DNA of 63,197 nucleotides, the filler included, from Octopus bimaculoides (lineage: Eukaryota): assembly GCF_001194135.2 (NCBI RefSeq). It is 6 parts of 6 records of this genome, joined end to end, with 100 filler letters (N's around TTAATTAATTAA, not from the genome) between each part and the next. Parts side by side here need not be neighbours in the genome. Positions count along the whole stretch, not along the records: positions 1 to 13,704 come from NC_068997.1; positions 13,805 to 23,385 come from NC_068987.1; positions 23,486 to 37,703 come from NC_068988.1; 3 more parts are not named here. One strand, written 5' to 3'. Under the pieces are notes generated by a model that searched no databases, was not told where the DNA came from, and saw nothing but the letters and a program-made list of their open reading frames with translations. How positions within the stretch are numbered: position 1 is the first letter of the stretch; every line of letters begins with the position of its first letter. Shown here piece after piece: positions 11,100-24,301 of this stretch. A program made the position numbers and the translations under genes.

Positions 11100-13330
11100 C
11101 AAAATACAAAACGAATGGAGAGTTGATTTGGGTTCAGCTCCGACCCCACGAGCGCCAATCCATCACTGATATCAGCAATGTACTCCTGACATGTTCACAT
11201 GGTTACATCCACTCGAAACACTCGTGCCACGTACTTCTATCTATCGTTGACCATTTTCTCCGACAGCCATTCACTCTCCAGCCACAGTTTCCTTTTCAGA
11301 CGAAACGCGCGAAGTATCTCTGATGTCCGCGGACAGAGATTGAGCTGCCTGTCGTTATTCCTTTCATTCTCGTCTTCCATACCACCTCTTTCGCGATTGT
11401 TACTACTATGAGAAAACAATTTTTACCTTCATTCAACAGGAAATCAGGTGGGTCAATTTTTAAAATGGACTCAGACGATAGATGTGCTCTTCCTGCACCA
11501 AACAACTGATGTTCTGCATAATCCCAAGCACCTCCAAGCACTGAACAATAGCGTGCGGGACGGTTTCCCTGAATGCTTCTCCCGGGAATGGCACATGTCT
11601 GTGCCTCTCCGATCAGACCATCCTTAAAACGCGCTAACCTTTTTGCTAGCACCTTGGCCAAAATTTTCAACCATGTGTTTAGCAGACTGATGGGCCGGAA
11701 ATTATCTATACAATCACACTTGTCCGGGTCCTTTCTGATCAGTGTCACCACTCCTCGGCGCACAGGTTTGAGAATGAACCCATTCTGTTGCCAGTTCGTG
11801 TAGACACTGACCAGCAGGTTGCCGAACAAGTCTGGCATACTCTTATATAACTCATAGGGTAGACCATTCAGTCCCGGTGCCTTGCCTACGCCACAGCCTG
11901 CCGTAGCCTCAATCACCTCCTTAGGTGTGATCAGCCCTTCACAAGACTCCGCAACCCGCTCCGAGAGGCGCGGCAGCCCGGCGAGAAAGTCCATTATGTC
12001 TCTCTTACTATCCGGTCCGCCCCCCCCCCCGAATAGGTGGGTGAAGTGCTTCTGAGAGGCCTCACAGATCTCCTCGGGTTCGTTTATCAACTCACCTTGA
12101 TGCTTTACCAAAGATCGAACTGTGGAATCATTTCTACGTTGAGCTTCCACCACTCGGGTGCATCCAACGGCCCTGATTCCCTCGCAACCGACTGCACAAA
12201 GTCTAGCCTTGGCAATGCACCCAATGTGCTTGGTTTCGAGGTGCTGGTTTAGTTCCATTCTCTTGGATTTCACCTGGGTCATACTGCCAGTCCTCGTGGC
12301 TTCCTCTAATGCCCTGTTCCTTCTTACGTTCACTAGCCACTAAACTTACGCTATATCTAATAGACTCAAATTTAATGGCCCGCTTGAGGGCATACCAACA
12401 TTTGTTTTTAATGATGGCTCCTGTTAATGCTCTCTGTATTAACAACTTAATCCGCTTTCTGTACTCTTCAATCGCCAAAAGGGATGTATTGAGTTTCTAG
12501 TAGCCAGTTCCTTTGACTATGTAACTTATCTAGGTTCAGCTAACAAGTGACCAACTTGTAATCACTGTAGCTGACTGGATAAACCTGTGGACACTTAGCT
12601 AAGTTCTTATCTGCTTTTCTAATTAAAAACTTATCTATGTATGATTTGGAAGACCCGTTGCTATTTGACCATGTCCATAATGGAGAGTTCGGGTCTTCCA
12701 TCCTATCTGGATCTGCCAGCTGAAAACGACTTATCAGTTCCCAGAAGCCAAAATTATTTGTCTTGTCTGTTCTCGAGCCAGCACAATGTACACGTGCATC
12801 GCAGATTGTGTTAAAGTCTCCTAATAAAACTAGTGGATGTGACGTACATAAAAACTTCTCTAGGTCACAAAAATACTCATTCTGACCGGAAGTGGGTGTA
12901 TAAATCGCAACCAGCCTGATCGTCTTGTCACAACTGAATGTCAAGTCCAAAACGATCAGCCTACCTTCTGGATCAGAAAAAATTAACCTTTTCTCTGAAA
13001 CCCGGTTTCTTCTTAATAGGACCAACACCCCACTCCCGCCCGCCGGTCAACCTGGAGAAATAAATTTCTCGTAGCCGTTCAGCAGCGGGAGCAGATTACT
13101 TGGGCCCTTTAACCGGGTTTCAGTAGCAGCAATTACATCCAAATTCCGTGACCTGATGTCATTTAGGAAGCGCCCTTGTTTCCAACTCGACGACAGGCCA
13201 CGTACATTCAAACAACCATTGTGAACTGCCATAAAAGTTTCTTCTTTTTACTCAGTGGTGGGAGGTGGAGAAGACTCCACCTCTTCTTCATTTTTCTGGG
13301 TTCGTGGGATTGGAGCAGGTAGACCCTAAA
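11100..13330 (-). mobile_element. L1/Tx1-clade non-LTR retrotransposon, frameshifted, RT core deleted
   Basis: APE endonuclease motifs CLNVRGL, AATET, LLGDFN, WTW and YIDKFL at 12540-13232. RT start GKAPGLNGLPYELY, FRPISLLN, KILAKVLAKRL and IPGRSIQGN joins directly to C-terminal sequence. The 3' UTR may extend to about 10620. Confidence 0.9.
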
Positions 13331-13704
13331 AAATTGCAGATGTAAAGTCCTTACCTAGAGAGCCAACATCTTTTCGGAAGTCAATACTTAATGATCTGTG
13401 TCTTTTTTTTAGTCTATTTGGTATATATCATAGTTTAAGTAATTGTCCGACAGTTCGTCCATTCGTCTTTATGACTTTCAAACAATTTATTACTTCACTA
13501 TTATTCCTTTTGTGCTAGAAAATCACATTTAGGTCTTAGTAGACACATTACATGTGATCTTCTTCAAGCACATTAACAGTCCACCTAGTGGCCTTCTTTA
13601 TATATACACATACAATAATTCCTTGAGATCTCAGATATTTTTTCTGAATCTCTGATTCTTTTAATGTGCTTGCTTCCTGGTAATAAATCGATATTAATTA
13701 ATAT

Positions 13705-13804
13705 NNNNNNNNNNNNNNNNNNNNNNNNNNNNNNNNNNNNNNNNNNNNTTAATTAATTAANNNNNNNNNNNNNNNNNNNNNNNNNNNNNNNNNNNNNNNN
13801 NNNN
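13705..13804. other. Artificial scaffold linker
   Basis: N44-TTAATTAATTAA-N44, exactly 100 bp. Confidence 0.95.
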
Positions 13805-14197
13805 ACAAACTATCTCCCATTTTAAAATATATTTAATATTTTTAGCTTTAAGTTCCCAAATATATTTACTGAGGCCAGTAGAATTAATTAAATTTCTATT
13901 CTTAAATGAGTGCATATGTTGAGCTACTCTTAATTTAATTTTATTAGAAGTCGAACCTATATAAATCTTATTTAAATTATAACCATAATGTTTATTTTCA
14001 TTCAATAATTTCACTATACATTTATACACTACATCTTTCAAATTACATTTATTATTAAAATTACATTTAGTTTTATCTAAACATGTACAATTAATTATAT
14101 TCTGGTCAACATTATTACTATTAAAATTAATATTAGAATAATTATTAAATTTAAATTTGTAGTAATTATTTAACTTAAATATATATTTGGTTAGCAT
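13805..14197 (-). CDS. GIY-YIG endonuclease ORF of a Neptune-like PLE, open and running into a gap
   Basis: CTCLDKTKCNFNNKC Cys linker, VVYKCIV...KIYIGST...KLRVAQH...STGLSKYIWELK...KWEIV. There is no stop in 131 codons. Confidence 0.75.
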
Positions 14198-14199
14198 CT

Positions 14200-15115
14200 A
14201 TATCCCCTCAGATTTTTTTAAATTTTGGAATTTATTGCGTTTTTAAATTTTGAAAATCTTTTTTTTTGAGAATTTTATTTTTGAGTTATTTTGGAATCTT
14301 TTTTTTTTCTAGTTAATTTTAGTTAATTTTTGTTTATTTTCAGATCATTAAAATGGAATAGCAAATCAAGAAAAACGAGCATTTTCGACACCTTACTGTT
14401 GCTTTGAATCAAGTTTCTAAAACTGCAAAAGCTGCTCTCAACATTTGTGCTGTGTATGGAGACGGTGCCATAGCTGAAAGAACCGCTCGTGATTGGTATG
14501 CCAAGTTCAAAATTGAAAATTTTGATTTCAAAGATGCACCTCGTTCTGACCGTCCAGTTGAGTTTGATAAAGAGCGATTAAACCAACGTTTGCACGAAAA
14601 TTCTCGTCAAACGACAAGGGAACTGGCAGAGAAATGGAATGCTCACACACTGCTATAGACAAACATCTTCACTCGATGGGAAAGGTTCAGAATTATGGTG
14701 CATGGGTTCTGCATGCCTTAAGTGACAATAAAAAATCAACGAGCCACAATCTCTGTTGGTTTGCTCGCTCGTCACAGCTCAACTCATGGACACAAATAAC
14801 GATTTCTTTACCGAATCGTTACTGGCGACGAAAAATGGTGCCTGTACATCAATATGAAGCAGCGTAAGGAAGGGCTTAGCCCCGGTAAACAAGCGACACA
14901 ATGCATGAAACAAGATCTTCATCCTCGTAAAACGATGTTGTGCATATGGAGGGACTGGGAAGGGATTATCCCTTACGAATTGCTTGAACAGAACCAAACG
15001 GTCAGCGCGGAACTCTATGTTCAACAGATGAAATGACACAACATTGCTATTCAAGAGAAAAGACCTAATCGATGGCATGGAGTTCTGCTGCACGACAACG
15101 CCCGCTCACAGTACT
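14200..15115 (+). mobile_element. mariner transposon remnant (HTH plus DD34D region), 3' truncated
   Basis: ICAVYGDGAIAERTARDWYAKF, DAPRSDRP, WVLHAL, IVTGDEKW, HPRKTMLCIW and LHDNAR, with frameshifts and stops. The ATG is at 14353. Confidence 0.9.
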
Positions 15116-15250
15116 TCTATGTTATTTAGGAAATACAAATCATTGATATGCGTGTGTATGTATGTATGTATGTATGTATGTATGTATGTATGTATGTATG
15201 TATGTGTGTGTGTGTGTGTGTNNNNNNNNNNGTATGTATGTATGTATGTA

Positions 15251-15289
<39 letters not shown>

Positions 15290-15400
15290 ATGTATGTGTG
15301 CGCGTGTGTGTATGTGTGTGTGTGTTAGTGTGTGTGAATGCTTAACAAGCTTGAATGACAAATGCCGGATCTGTGTTTGTGTTCTCAATTCCTTGTAGCT

Positions 15401-15692
15401 CAGGGATCGGCAAACAGGGGTAAATTATCTCAAGTGGAGTAAAAATGGAATTCTCTGGGGACCCATCAAACATGTGTAAAATTACATAAAAATCGTGTTC
15501 TTTGTTACAACAGAAAATTTTCTTCTGGCAACACGACATCTGTCCAATGTAATGGATGTGTAAATAGATTCATATAAAACGATTTAATAAACTCCTGAAA
15601 TTCAAAGAATCTATGAAGTTCTTTCTTTCAAATCAAGGGGGTAACGTCGGCGTAAATAAATATATTTGGAGTAAAAAGGTCCCCGACCCCTG
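15401..15692. mobile_element. hAT (Charlie-like) MITE
   Basis: Termini CAGGGATCGGCAAAC and GGTCCCCGACCCCTG. Flanking 8-mers TTGTAGCT (15393-15400) and TTCTAGCT (15693-15700) match at 7 of 8 positions. Confidence 0.8.
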
Positions 15693-16179
15693 TTCTAGCT
15701 GATCTAAGTGGAACTAAACGTTCTCAGTGGGATTTAGTGAAGAGAATCTATCTCACATGTCGAATGGGTTGTATCTTTAATTTATAGGACCAGTTGAATC
15801 ACATTATTTGTCACACCGTTGTTCTCGCAATTTTCTATGATTGTATGTATCTACGGAATATTCAGTCACTTCACACGTTAATCGTAAGGTATGTGTTTCA
15901 GTTGAGTTCATGCCGGCGTAAACATTGCGCAAACCAAGAGAATGTTTCTCTATTCTTCCCTTTTCTATACATACATGCATGCATGCATACATACATACAT
16001 ACATACATATATACCGACAGACAGATAGATAGACATAATGTTATAATAAAAAAACACAAAGAATTGTGGTTTTTATTGTAATATTATCATTACTTTCTTA
16101 GCTGATCGATGCTGTTTTACTTGTTGAAGCCTTACTACACACACACGCACACACACGTGTGTGGGAATACATATGTGAA

Positions 16180-16228
<49 letters not shown>

Positions 16229-16385
16229 GACTACATATGTGCTTACATATATGTAGGCACACACATGGATAAATATATACATGAACATTTATAAATTATA
16301 AATGTATACGTACATGTATTCGTATTTATATACATATCTGTAATTATATGTGTGTATATAAATATGTGTGCGTATGTATGTTTTT

Positions 16386-16419
<34 letters not shown>

Positions 16420-16810
16420 NNNNNNNNNNNNNNNNNNNNNNNNNNNNNNNNNNNNNNNNNNNNNNNNNNNNNATATATGCATAGTGATGGCTGATTCTAA
16501 CTGCAGCAGTTCGCCGACATCCGAATACTTGTTTCGCAGCTACTGCGTAAATGAGATCACTTATATCAGCCTCCGCTAGCAAATGTGACGGTATAAATTG
16601 AAATTACCACTTATACTCTATTGCCTTCAGGGTTTTCCATTATTCTTTACCACTCAGCTCTGTCAATATATACCTGTGATTCATATTCACTCTGCATTCT
16701 CCAGAATATTGTAGTATATTTAATTTATACACTCGTCCAATTATAGATTCTTTCATTTCAAATATATTCCATACTTATTCCAGTTATTTTAATTATGTGC
16801 CAAAATATTA

Positions 16811-16864
<54 letters not shown>

Positions 16865-17929
16865 GTATGAAACATCACACTTATCTACATGCTCATGATT
16901 TAACAGAAGTAGTCATTAAAATGGTATCAGAATACATACATATGTGAAGATAGATAGAATACCGGAGGACTAAGTAACTGATTATGTAGGGTAATAAGAT
17001 GAATGAAACAAAAATCGTAGTAAATAAAATGACGCAAATGTATAGAATAAGATGGAATTAAAATGAAAGAAAGTACAAAAATGTATAAAATTGTTTGAAG
17101 ACTTCATAAAGGACATTAAAGAAGATCCTTGAAGGTACAAAAATCATATCTCTTATGTTAATATGTCCTATCCAGTTAAATGCTAACAAAACTTATCATT
17201 CTTGCTATTCAAGTGATGTCAACATTTTTTAATTGTTATCGTCGATCGCCAGCGCTCTTGACCATTGCTGACTCTGCGCGCGTAGATGAAATTTAACTGT
17301 GAAATTCAATTTGTATATCAGTTTGTATAGATCATAAATGTATTAAAATATTGTACTAAGCTTGTGAAACATTAACTTAGTTATAATTAATCTGTAAAAA
17401 ATTATTCTCCATTGAGATTGCACACTTTTATCAACTTATCGTAAAGTGTTATATTTTTCGTTACCCTAAAATATGGATTCACATTATTCAAATGTATCAA
17501 TCAGGGATATTTATTAACTTCCTTCCTATTTGTTAACGATAAAAGGCGAAGCATAATTTAATGGGAGATGAAATAAAATGTTTAGATGCCTTGAAGCTCT
17601 TGCTTGTCGCATGTAAATATATGAGAGATATAAGATATTTAAAAGCTATGAGTGTTAAGATATTTTCTGTCAATCAGGAGACAAAAGTTAACAGAATAAA
17701 ATGTAAAGCTGTATCATTTCAATCTACAAATATTTATTATCCGATTGCAGAAACCGTGGAATGTTGAATTCAATATATACCCATGAATATATAATTTAAT
17801 ATTTATACATTGCGTACAAAATCTGCCTTGGGTCGACGTTGTTTTACATACAAATAATTCATGATATAAAGACCACCATATATTGGTATCAAACGGGACC
17901 AGACATATACTGGTATTAATCATATTAAG

Positions 17930-18320
17930 ACGGTGAGCGGGCAGAGCCGTTAGCATGCCGGTATTTCGTCTGTCTCCATGTTTTGAGCTCAAATTCCGTC
18001 GAGATCAACTAAGCTTTTCATCCTTTCGGGGTGGATAAATTAAGTACCTGTCGATGTATTCGACTTAAACCCCACGCTACGAAATTGCTGGGTTTGCACC
18101 AAAATTTGAAATTGATATAAATTATATTATTTATTAAATTATTTAGCGCGTCGGACAAATTGCAGAGCAGAATTTCTTCGGTCTCTTTACGTTCTAAATT
18201 CGGATCCCTTTGAGGTCGACCATCCTTTTCATAAATTTCGGGGTCGATAAAATAAAGTACTGATTAAGCCTTAGAATCAACTTCCCTTTCTTCTCAAAAT
18301 TGCTAACCTTCTACAAAATT
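17930..18320 (+). mobile_element. Two tandem SINE family B copies
   Basis: TCAAATTCCGTCGAGATCAAC...TCATCCTTTCGGGGTGGATAAATTAAGTACC and GAGGTCGAC...TTCGGGGTCGATAAAATAAAGTAC. Confidence 0.75.
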
Positions 18321-18390
18321 AGAAAGATTTAATCAATCAGCAGCCTTTTTTTTCTTTCTTTTTCACTTTGGTACAAAACAAATTTATGGT

Positions 18391-18461
18391 AATGTATACA
18401 AACGGTTTACAAATGTATACAAAACGGTTTACAAATGTGTACAAAACGGTTTACAAATGTG
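18391..18461. repeat. 22-bp minisatellite, about 3 copies
   Basis: Unit AATGTATACAAAACGGTTTACA. Confidence 0.9.
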
Positions 18462-19404
18462 AGTTTATGTACATCCTGCCGTTTAGACATCCGAAAGACT
18501 CCGTATTGTCCAACGAATGCGATAGCAGTGGTAGTTATCTCAAAATGGTGTAGAGGTCATAGTGGAAATGGTGGTGAGTGGCTTGCTGTAGGTTGGCAGC
18601 AATGGTGGGTACAGAAAACTGAAGGCATGCCTTGAATCGGACGTGGAACACTTAACAACACACGCGCCTTTCTTCTGTAATAACATTCTTAAATGCAGTA
18701 ACACTAGGAACAAACTAGACATTCTCACACTACCCACAGAGAAAATTTACGAAATCTTCGAATCAAAGAGTCTTTGTTTATTCACCGGCTCGACCCGAAG
18801 ATCTATACTCGATCGGAATTGGTGGCTTCTATAAATTTCAATCTTCCCCAACTTCGCCGCTGTCCCGCCAAAGTTAACACCACTACGTCGATGATTACTG
18901 TTGCTGACATGATTACCGCTCCCGCAACCCATGTCATCACCACGACGATGTCTATATTGCTTCTCAGAAGCTTAACGTCCACTCCTACTACAGCTGATAC
19001 GACAACACCACCAACGTCCTGTGTAGACAATTCACCAGAGCTACCAACCTACAACTAGCTATCCACCACCACCACTCTAACAATGACTACTACAGTCCCT
19101 GTCAACCTCATTGCTGTGGAAGTGCTGCTGATGCCTTTGTTATATTTGCCGAGCAAAATAGTGTCACTGCCCGTTTAGCAATATGGATGATAGATGTAAA
19201 CGCACATTTTTAAATCGTGTGTGCCTTTTTGCATTGTTAGAAGCTCTCCTTCCTCGTTGGTTATTTTGCTTGTATATGTTATACGTTTCTTTCAGTTACA
19301 ACTCCTTTCTAATTTGTGTCAAATTAAAGAAGCTTTATCAAATATCAGTTTCGTAAGATTGTGAGTCATATCTATTCTTTTATTCTTTACTTATTCCTTG
19401 TATG

Positions 19405-19482
19405 CCTAGTACTTATTCTATCGCAATCGTATGCCGAACCGCTAAGTTACACGGACGTAAACATGCTAGCACACACACAAAC

Positions 19483-19513
<31 letters not shown>

Positions 19514-19685
19514 CCTATATACAAAGAGCTTCTTTCAGTTTCCGTCTACCAAATCCACTCACAAAATTTTGACTGACCTGAGGCTATAGTGGATGATACT
19601 TGCACAAGGTGCCACGCAGTAGGACTGACCCTGGAACCATGTGGTTGGGGAACAAGCGTCTTACCACATAGCCACGCCAGCGTCT
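19405..19685 (-). mobile_element. SINE family A
   Basis: GCCTAGTACTTATTCTATCG...CCGAACCGCTAAGTTAC...CTTTCAGTTTCCGTCTACCAAATCCACTCAC...CACATAGCCAC. Confidence 0.8.
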
Positions 19686-20013
19686 ATTTATTAGAAAATA
19701 TCGCGATCATATGTTTAGGTAAGTTCGTATGCTGTGGGTAGGAGATTACTGATATTTAAGAACAGTTCTTTGCCGAAGAAGGAAAGAATTCAGTTTTCTT
19801 CTCAGTCAGCCCTAAATAGCAGTCTTGCTTTTCCCCCATGGCACTCAAACATGTGCAAACTCACTACGACATACAAACTTGTACAACTGTATAATTTTTG
19901 CCAATGTAGACAACCTCCACATGTTTATATTTCATTGGAAAATAATATTTCTTTTTAAATATGCCACTCTATTTAAAAATGTATATATGAAGTTGTAAAG
20001 CAAGTTTAATTAC

Positions 20014-20360
20014 TATTCGCGGGTGAACTGGAAAGTTCCTGGTTTTTTGGTAAAAGAAAATAGAAGAGGATCAGCTAATTAGGGTTTTATTCAACATATT
20101 CCCCTCTCAGATTCATATATTTGTTGCAGCGACCCTTCAGCTTTTCTAAGCCCTGTAAAAGAACATGGGAGTTTGGGCCTTTATCTAGGCCTTTCGCGTC
20201 ACTCTTAAACCAGGAGCTTTTCAGCTCCCTCTCGTACAAGTGTGCATCGTATATCTTTATCTCCCTGTTATAACTGAAAAATGATTTCCAAATGAATATA
20301 ATCATTATGAAAGGTACATGCTGTCGTATGGAAGTGAAAGCGCAGCATAATGGTTGTGCA
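20014..20360 (-). mobile_element. mariner 3' end fragment with one TIR
   Basis: The minus ORF ends GLEKLKGRCNKYMNLRGEYVE*, a mariner C-terminus. A TIR-like CGCGGGTGAACTGGAAAGTTCC lies at about 20018. Confidence 0.75.
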
Positions 20361-23300
20361 AACAAACCCTCAATTTATGTTTACAGTTACAGGCGGCTGA
20401 AACGAAGATATTCGAAATGTTAAGATAAATAATTGTACATAATAGACTTAAGCGAATGACCATGACCTAAGCAATGACGAATGTGGTGACAAGTAGGATA
20501 ATTATCTACGATTATCAAATTTCATCCCTGTTGTTAAGGAATAAGTGTGTTTGTATTTTTATTGAATTCCTTGGACTCGTCATTTTTCATCAAATCCATT
20601 GTTTCGGGAATTTCTAAGATTCTTGATGTTTAACTAAATCATATTCCTGACGATCCATGAAGCTGTAATAGCTAGATTATGAAACATACTATCGTAAATA
20701 TTCTATCGAGAAATCTTCATCACAGATTGTTTTTACTCAACGTAAGAAATCGATAGCTACGTTTGTACAATTTCTTGTTGCCGCATCAGTTCAGTTGAAA
20801 GCATCTTATTTGAACTTTTGTAGCACAACTAAATACGGTTCCAACATTTCTTGCTATTGCTTGGTAACTTAACGTCTGTGTGAAGCGTAAGTAATATTCG
20901 AGGAAACAGCATTGGAGTAGAACGAAAGAAATATACTGAAAGATATCACCACTTACTGTATCCTGATCGATAAAAGAAGTTTAACAGATATTGACTTTAA
21001 CGAGTGTCCATTCACCAGATATTGGAAATTTAATGATTGTTGACGGTAGGAAATCATACAAGTGAAAACTGACAGGTAAAATGACCAAATTTAATTATCC
21101 AGAACACTATACCAAAGATTTTATCAGACAAGCATACAAAGAGATATTCAGCTATTTATTTATACAATTATATGCTAATGTTAATTTACATGTTTACAAT
21201 CACAGGTAGACGTGATTACATAGATAGTACACAGACAAGGGTATATATATATATGTGTGTGTGTGTATGTGTGTCCCCAAAAATGTGAGCGTAGGAGTAT
21301 GTGTATGTGTATGTGTGCGGAGATATGTTGGGAGAGAAGCAGGACGATTTGGCAGGGGGAATGAAATTGAAAAGCTGAATGGTCATGTCGTTTTCTAAAC
21401 TAGCCTACGCTGCATACAGTAAAATAATACACATAAATCTTGTAATATGCATATTGATATTAACTTATAACATGACATGAATGCTAACAGAAAAGTATCA
21501 GTCAATGAAACCCAGAGACATTTACAAAACATGCAAGAATAAGGAAGCCAATAAGTGAATCTCTATTCAGTTTTTCAATGTTCTACTCATAAATTTCTGA
21601 AAAGTATTCTAAAAGGTATACCATTATAGCAATCAAAACCAGAATATTTTTTGATCATAAGTGTTGCACAACCAAGAGAGGTCCGGCATAAACAATAACA
21701 CTAAAATGGTGACACAAAAATAAGAAATCGCATTTTAAATATTTTTATGTGCGTGTATACATGAGTGTGAGTGTGTGTGTGAGTGTGTGTGTATTTTAGA
21801 TACACAATTGCTGATTGATATACCAACTGATTTGATTCACATAAGCTCGAAAGGCCGAGCTAATTTAGCAGATATAAGAAACTGGAAGCTAAGGTTTCAG
21901 CTCGGAGAGTGGTGCTTTCTTGCTTAATGCTCAGGCAGGTTCTAGGTGGAAGAGCAGAGTTATATAGTGAAAATACTTGCACAGTCCAAGGTGTTAGAAT
22001 TTAGTAAACGATTACCGCGCGTTAAAGGAATTTTCAATATCTAAACATATAGAAATCTGTATGAATATCATAAAAATTATATATATTACACAACAGTCAT
22101 ACACACACACACGCATGCGCATGCATGTATAAATGTATTCAATAAATAAAATGCATATATATGTGTATATATATATATACATANNNNNNNNNNNNNNNNN
22201 NNNNNNNNNNNNNNNNNNNNNNNNNNNNNNNNNNNNNNNNNNNNNNNNNNNNNNNNNNNNNNNNNNNNNNNNNNNNNNNNNNNNNNNNNNNNNNNNNNNN
22301 NNNNNNNNNNNNNNNNNNNNNNNNNNNNNNNNNNNNNNNNNNNNNNNNNNNNNNNNNNNNNNNNNNNNNNNNNNNNNNNNNNNNNNNNNNNNNNNNNNNN
22401 NNNNNNNNNNNNNNNNNNNNNNNNNNNNNNNNNNNNNNNNNNNNNNNNNNNNNNNNNNNNNNNNNNNNNNNNNNNNNNNNNNNNNNNNNNNNNNNNNNNN
22501 NNNNNNNNNNNNNNNNNNNNNNNNNNNNNNNNNNNNNNNNNNNNNNNNNNNNNNNTGTATATATATATATATATACAATTATGTATCTATATATATGTGT
22601 ATATCTATGTTTGTGTGCCCGCATGCGTAGACGCGCGCGCGCGGCGTGTGTGTGTTGAGTGGTGTTGTTTTCATAATTTTATAAAAGATTTATATATCAC
22701 TTTGAAATGCTTAATTAATGACTATCCAGTGCATTTTATAATGACATTTCTACTTCGATTTTCAAACATTTTTAGTTATAATGAACATCTAATCTTTTTT
22801 TTGAAGATATTCTTTGTTATTCAGTCACCAAATTGACAGCCACCACAAATAGATACAAGAGGTGACACATAAATGAAAAATAAGAATGAAACGAAAAATA
22901 ACGACCATTAGTATCATAAAGAATAAAATACCGGTTTATGACTTTATCATTTCAGGTATAAAACAACACAACACCAAAACACTCTCTCTCACTTGCTGCC
23001 TACAAGTTTAATTATTTATCTTTAAATTAATTTGAACGAATGATTTCTTCATTTCGCGATTGATCTATTTTCAGTCTATTGTTTTATTTACCGAAGTTTT
23101 TTTTTTTTCGTCACCAAGTTTAAGATGGGAATAATAGCTTCTGAAACGTTTTGCCCAAGCAATTATCACCTTAGAAGCATTGGAGCATGTCACAGATTTC
23201 GAATTGTAGTATTGATTGGTATTGACATAGACTGGAATCTCAGCTTATTAATATCAAATTAATTTTCACACCATTTCTTCATAGGAAAGAATATTGGAAA

Positions 23301-23385
23301 ATCAGTCGTATCAACTGCTACTCTGAAATTGTCGCAGAAGCCACTATCACTTTTTCTCTTCTCATATTAGAAGTGTTGCTGATTC

Positions 23386-23485
23386 NNNNNNNNNNNNNNN
23401 NNNNNNNNNNNNNNNNNNNNNNNNNNNNNTTAATTAATTAANNNNNNNNNNNNNNNNNNNNNNNNNNNNNNNNNNNNNNNNNNNN
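23386..23485. other. Artificial scaffold linker
   Basis: N44-TTAATTAATTAA-N44. Confidence 0.95.
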
Positions 23486-23574
<89 letters not shown>

Positions 23575-24264
23575 ATCTAGCTTTTTGTGTCACCGACAAA
23601 AGTATTCTGTTAACAATTATAGTTTGTAATTCTAACAACGATCGAGGAAAGTGAAATGTTGTAGAACGAAATTGTAGATTGAAAGTGAATAATAGATACA
23701 ACATGATCACTAAGATAAGCCATGAATTGACGGAAAAGTGTCAATTTCTACAGATGTGTTATAAAAAATTTGACCGGAAGAAGTAAAAATTTTATATTTA
23801 TTTGCTGATATGAGTGTGTGTCTGTATACATACATATATATATATATATATANNNNNNNNNNNNNNNNNNNNNNNNNNNNNNNNNNNNNNNNNNNNNNNN
23901 NNNNNNNNNNNNNNNNNNNNNNNNNNNNNNNNNNNNNNNNNNNNNNNNNNNNNNNNNNNNNNNNNNNNNNNNNNNNNNNNNNNNNNNNNNNNNNNNNNNN
24001 NNNNNNNNNNNNNNNNNNNNNNNNNNNNNNNNNNNNNNNNNNNNNNNNNNNNNNNNNNNNNNNNNNNNNNNNNNNNNNNNNNNNNNNNNNNNNNNNNNNN
24101 NNNNNNNNNNNNNNNNNNNNNNNNNNNNNNNNNNNNNNNNNNNNNNNNNNNNNNNNNNNNNNNNNNNNNNNNNNNNNNNNNNNNNNNNNNNNNNNNNNNN
24201 NNNNNNNNNNNNNNNNNNNNNNNNNNNNNNNNNNNNNNNNNNNNNNNNNNNNNNNNNNNNNNNN

Positions 24265-24301
<37 letters not shown>

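Noticed and set aside
13749-13760. TTAATTAATTAA palindrome recurring five times, resembling a spaced repeat array
   Set aside because: It always sits inside an exact 100-bp N spacer, so it is an assembly artefact and not CRISPR-like or biological.
13805-14197. Organellar or phage homing endonuclease, or contamination
   Set aside because: The Cys-rich linker and the STxLSKYIWELK...KWEI segment fit PLE-type GIY-YIG better, and the piece is contiguous with a mariner remnant.
18774-19130. Thr-rich mucin-like ORF
   Set aside because: It is decayed ACC/ACT-type low-complexity sequence, open on both strands and without convincing splice sites.
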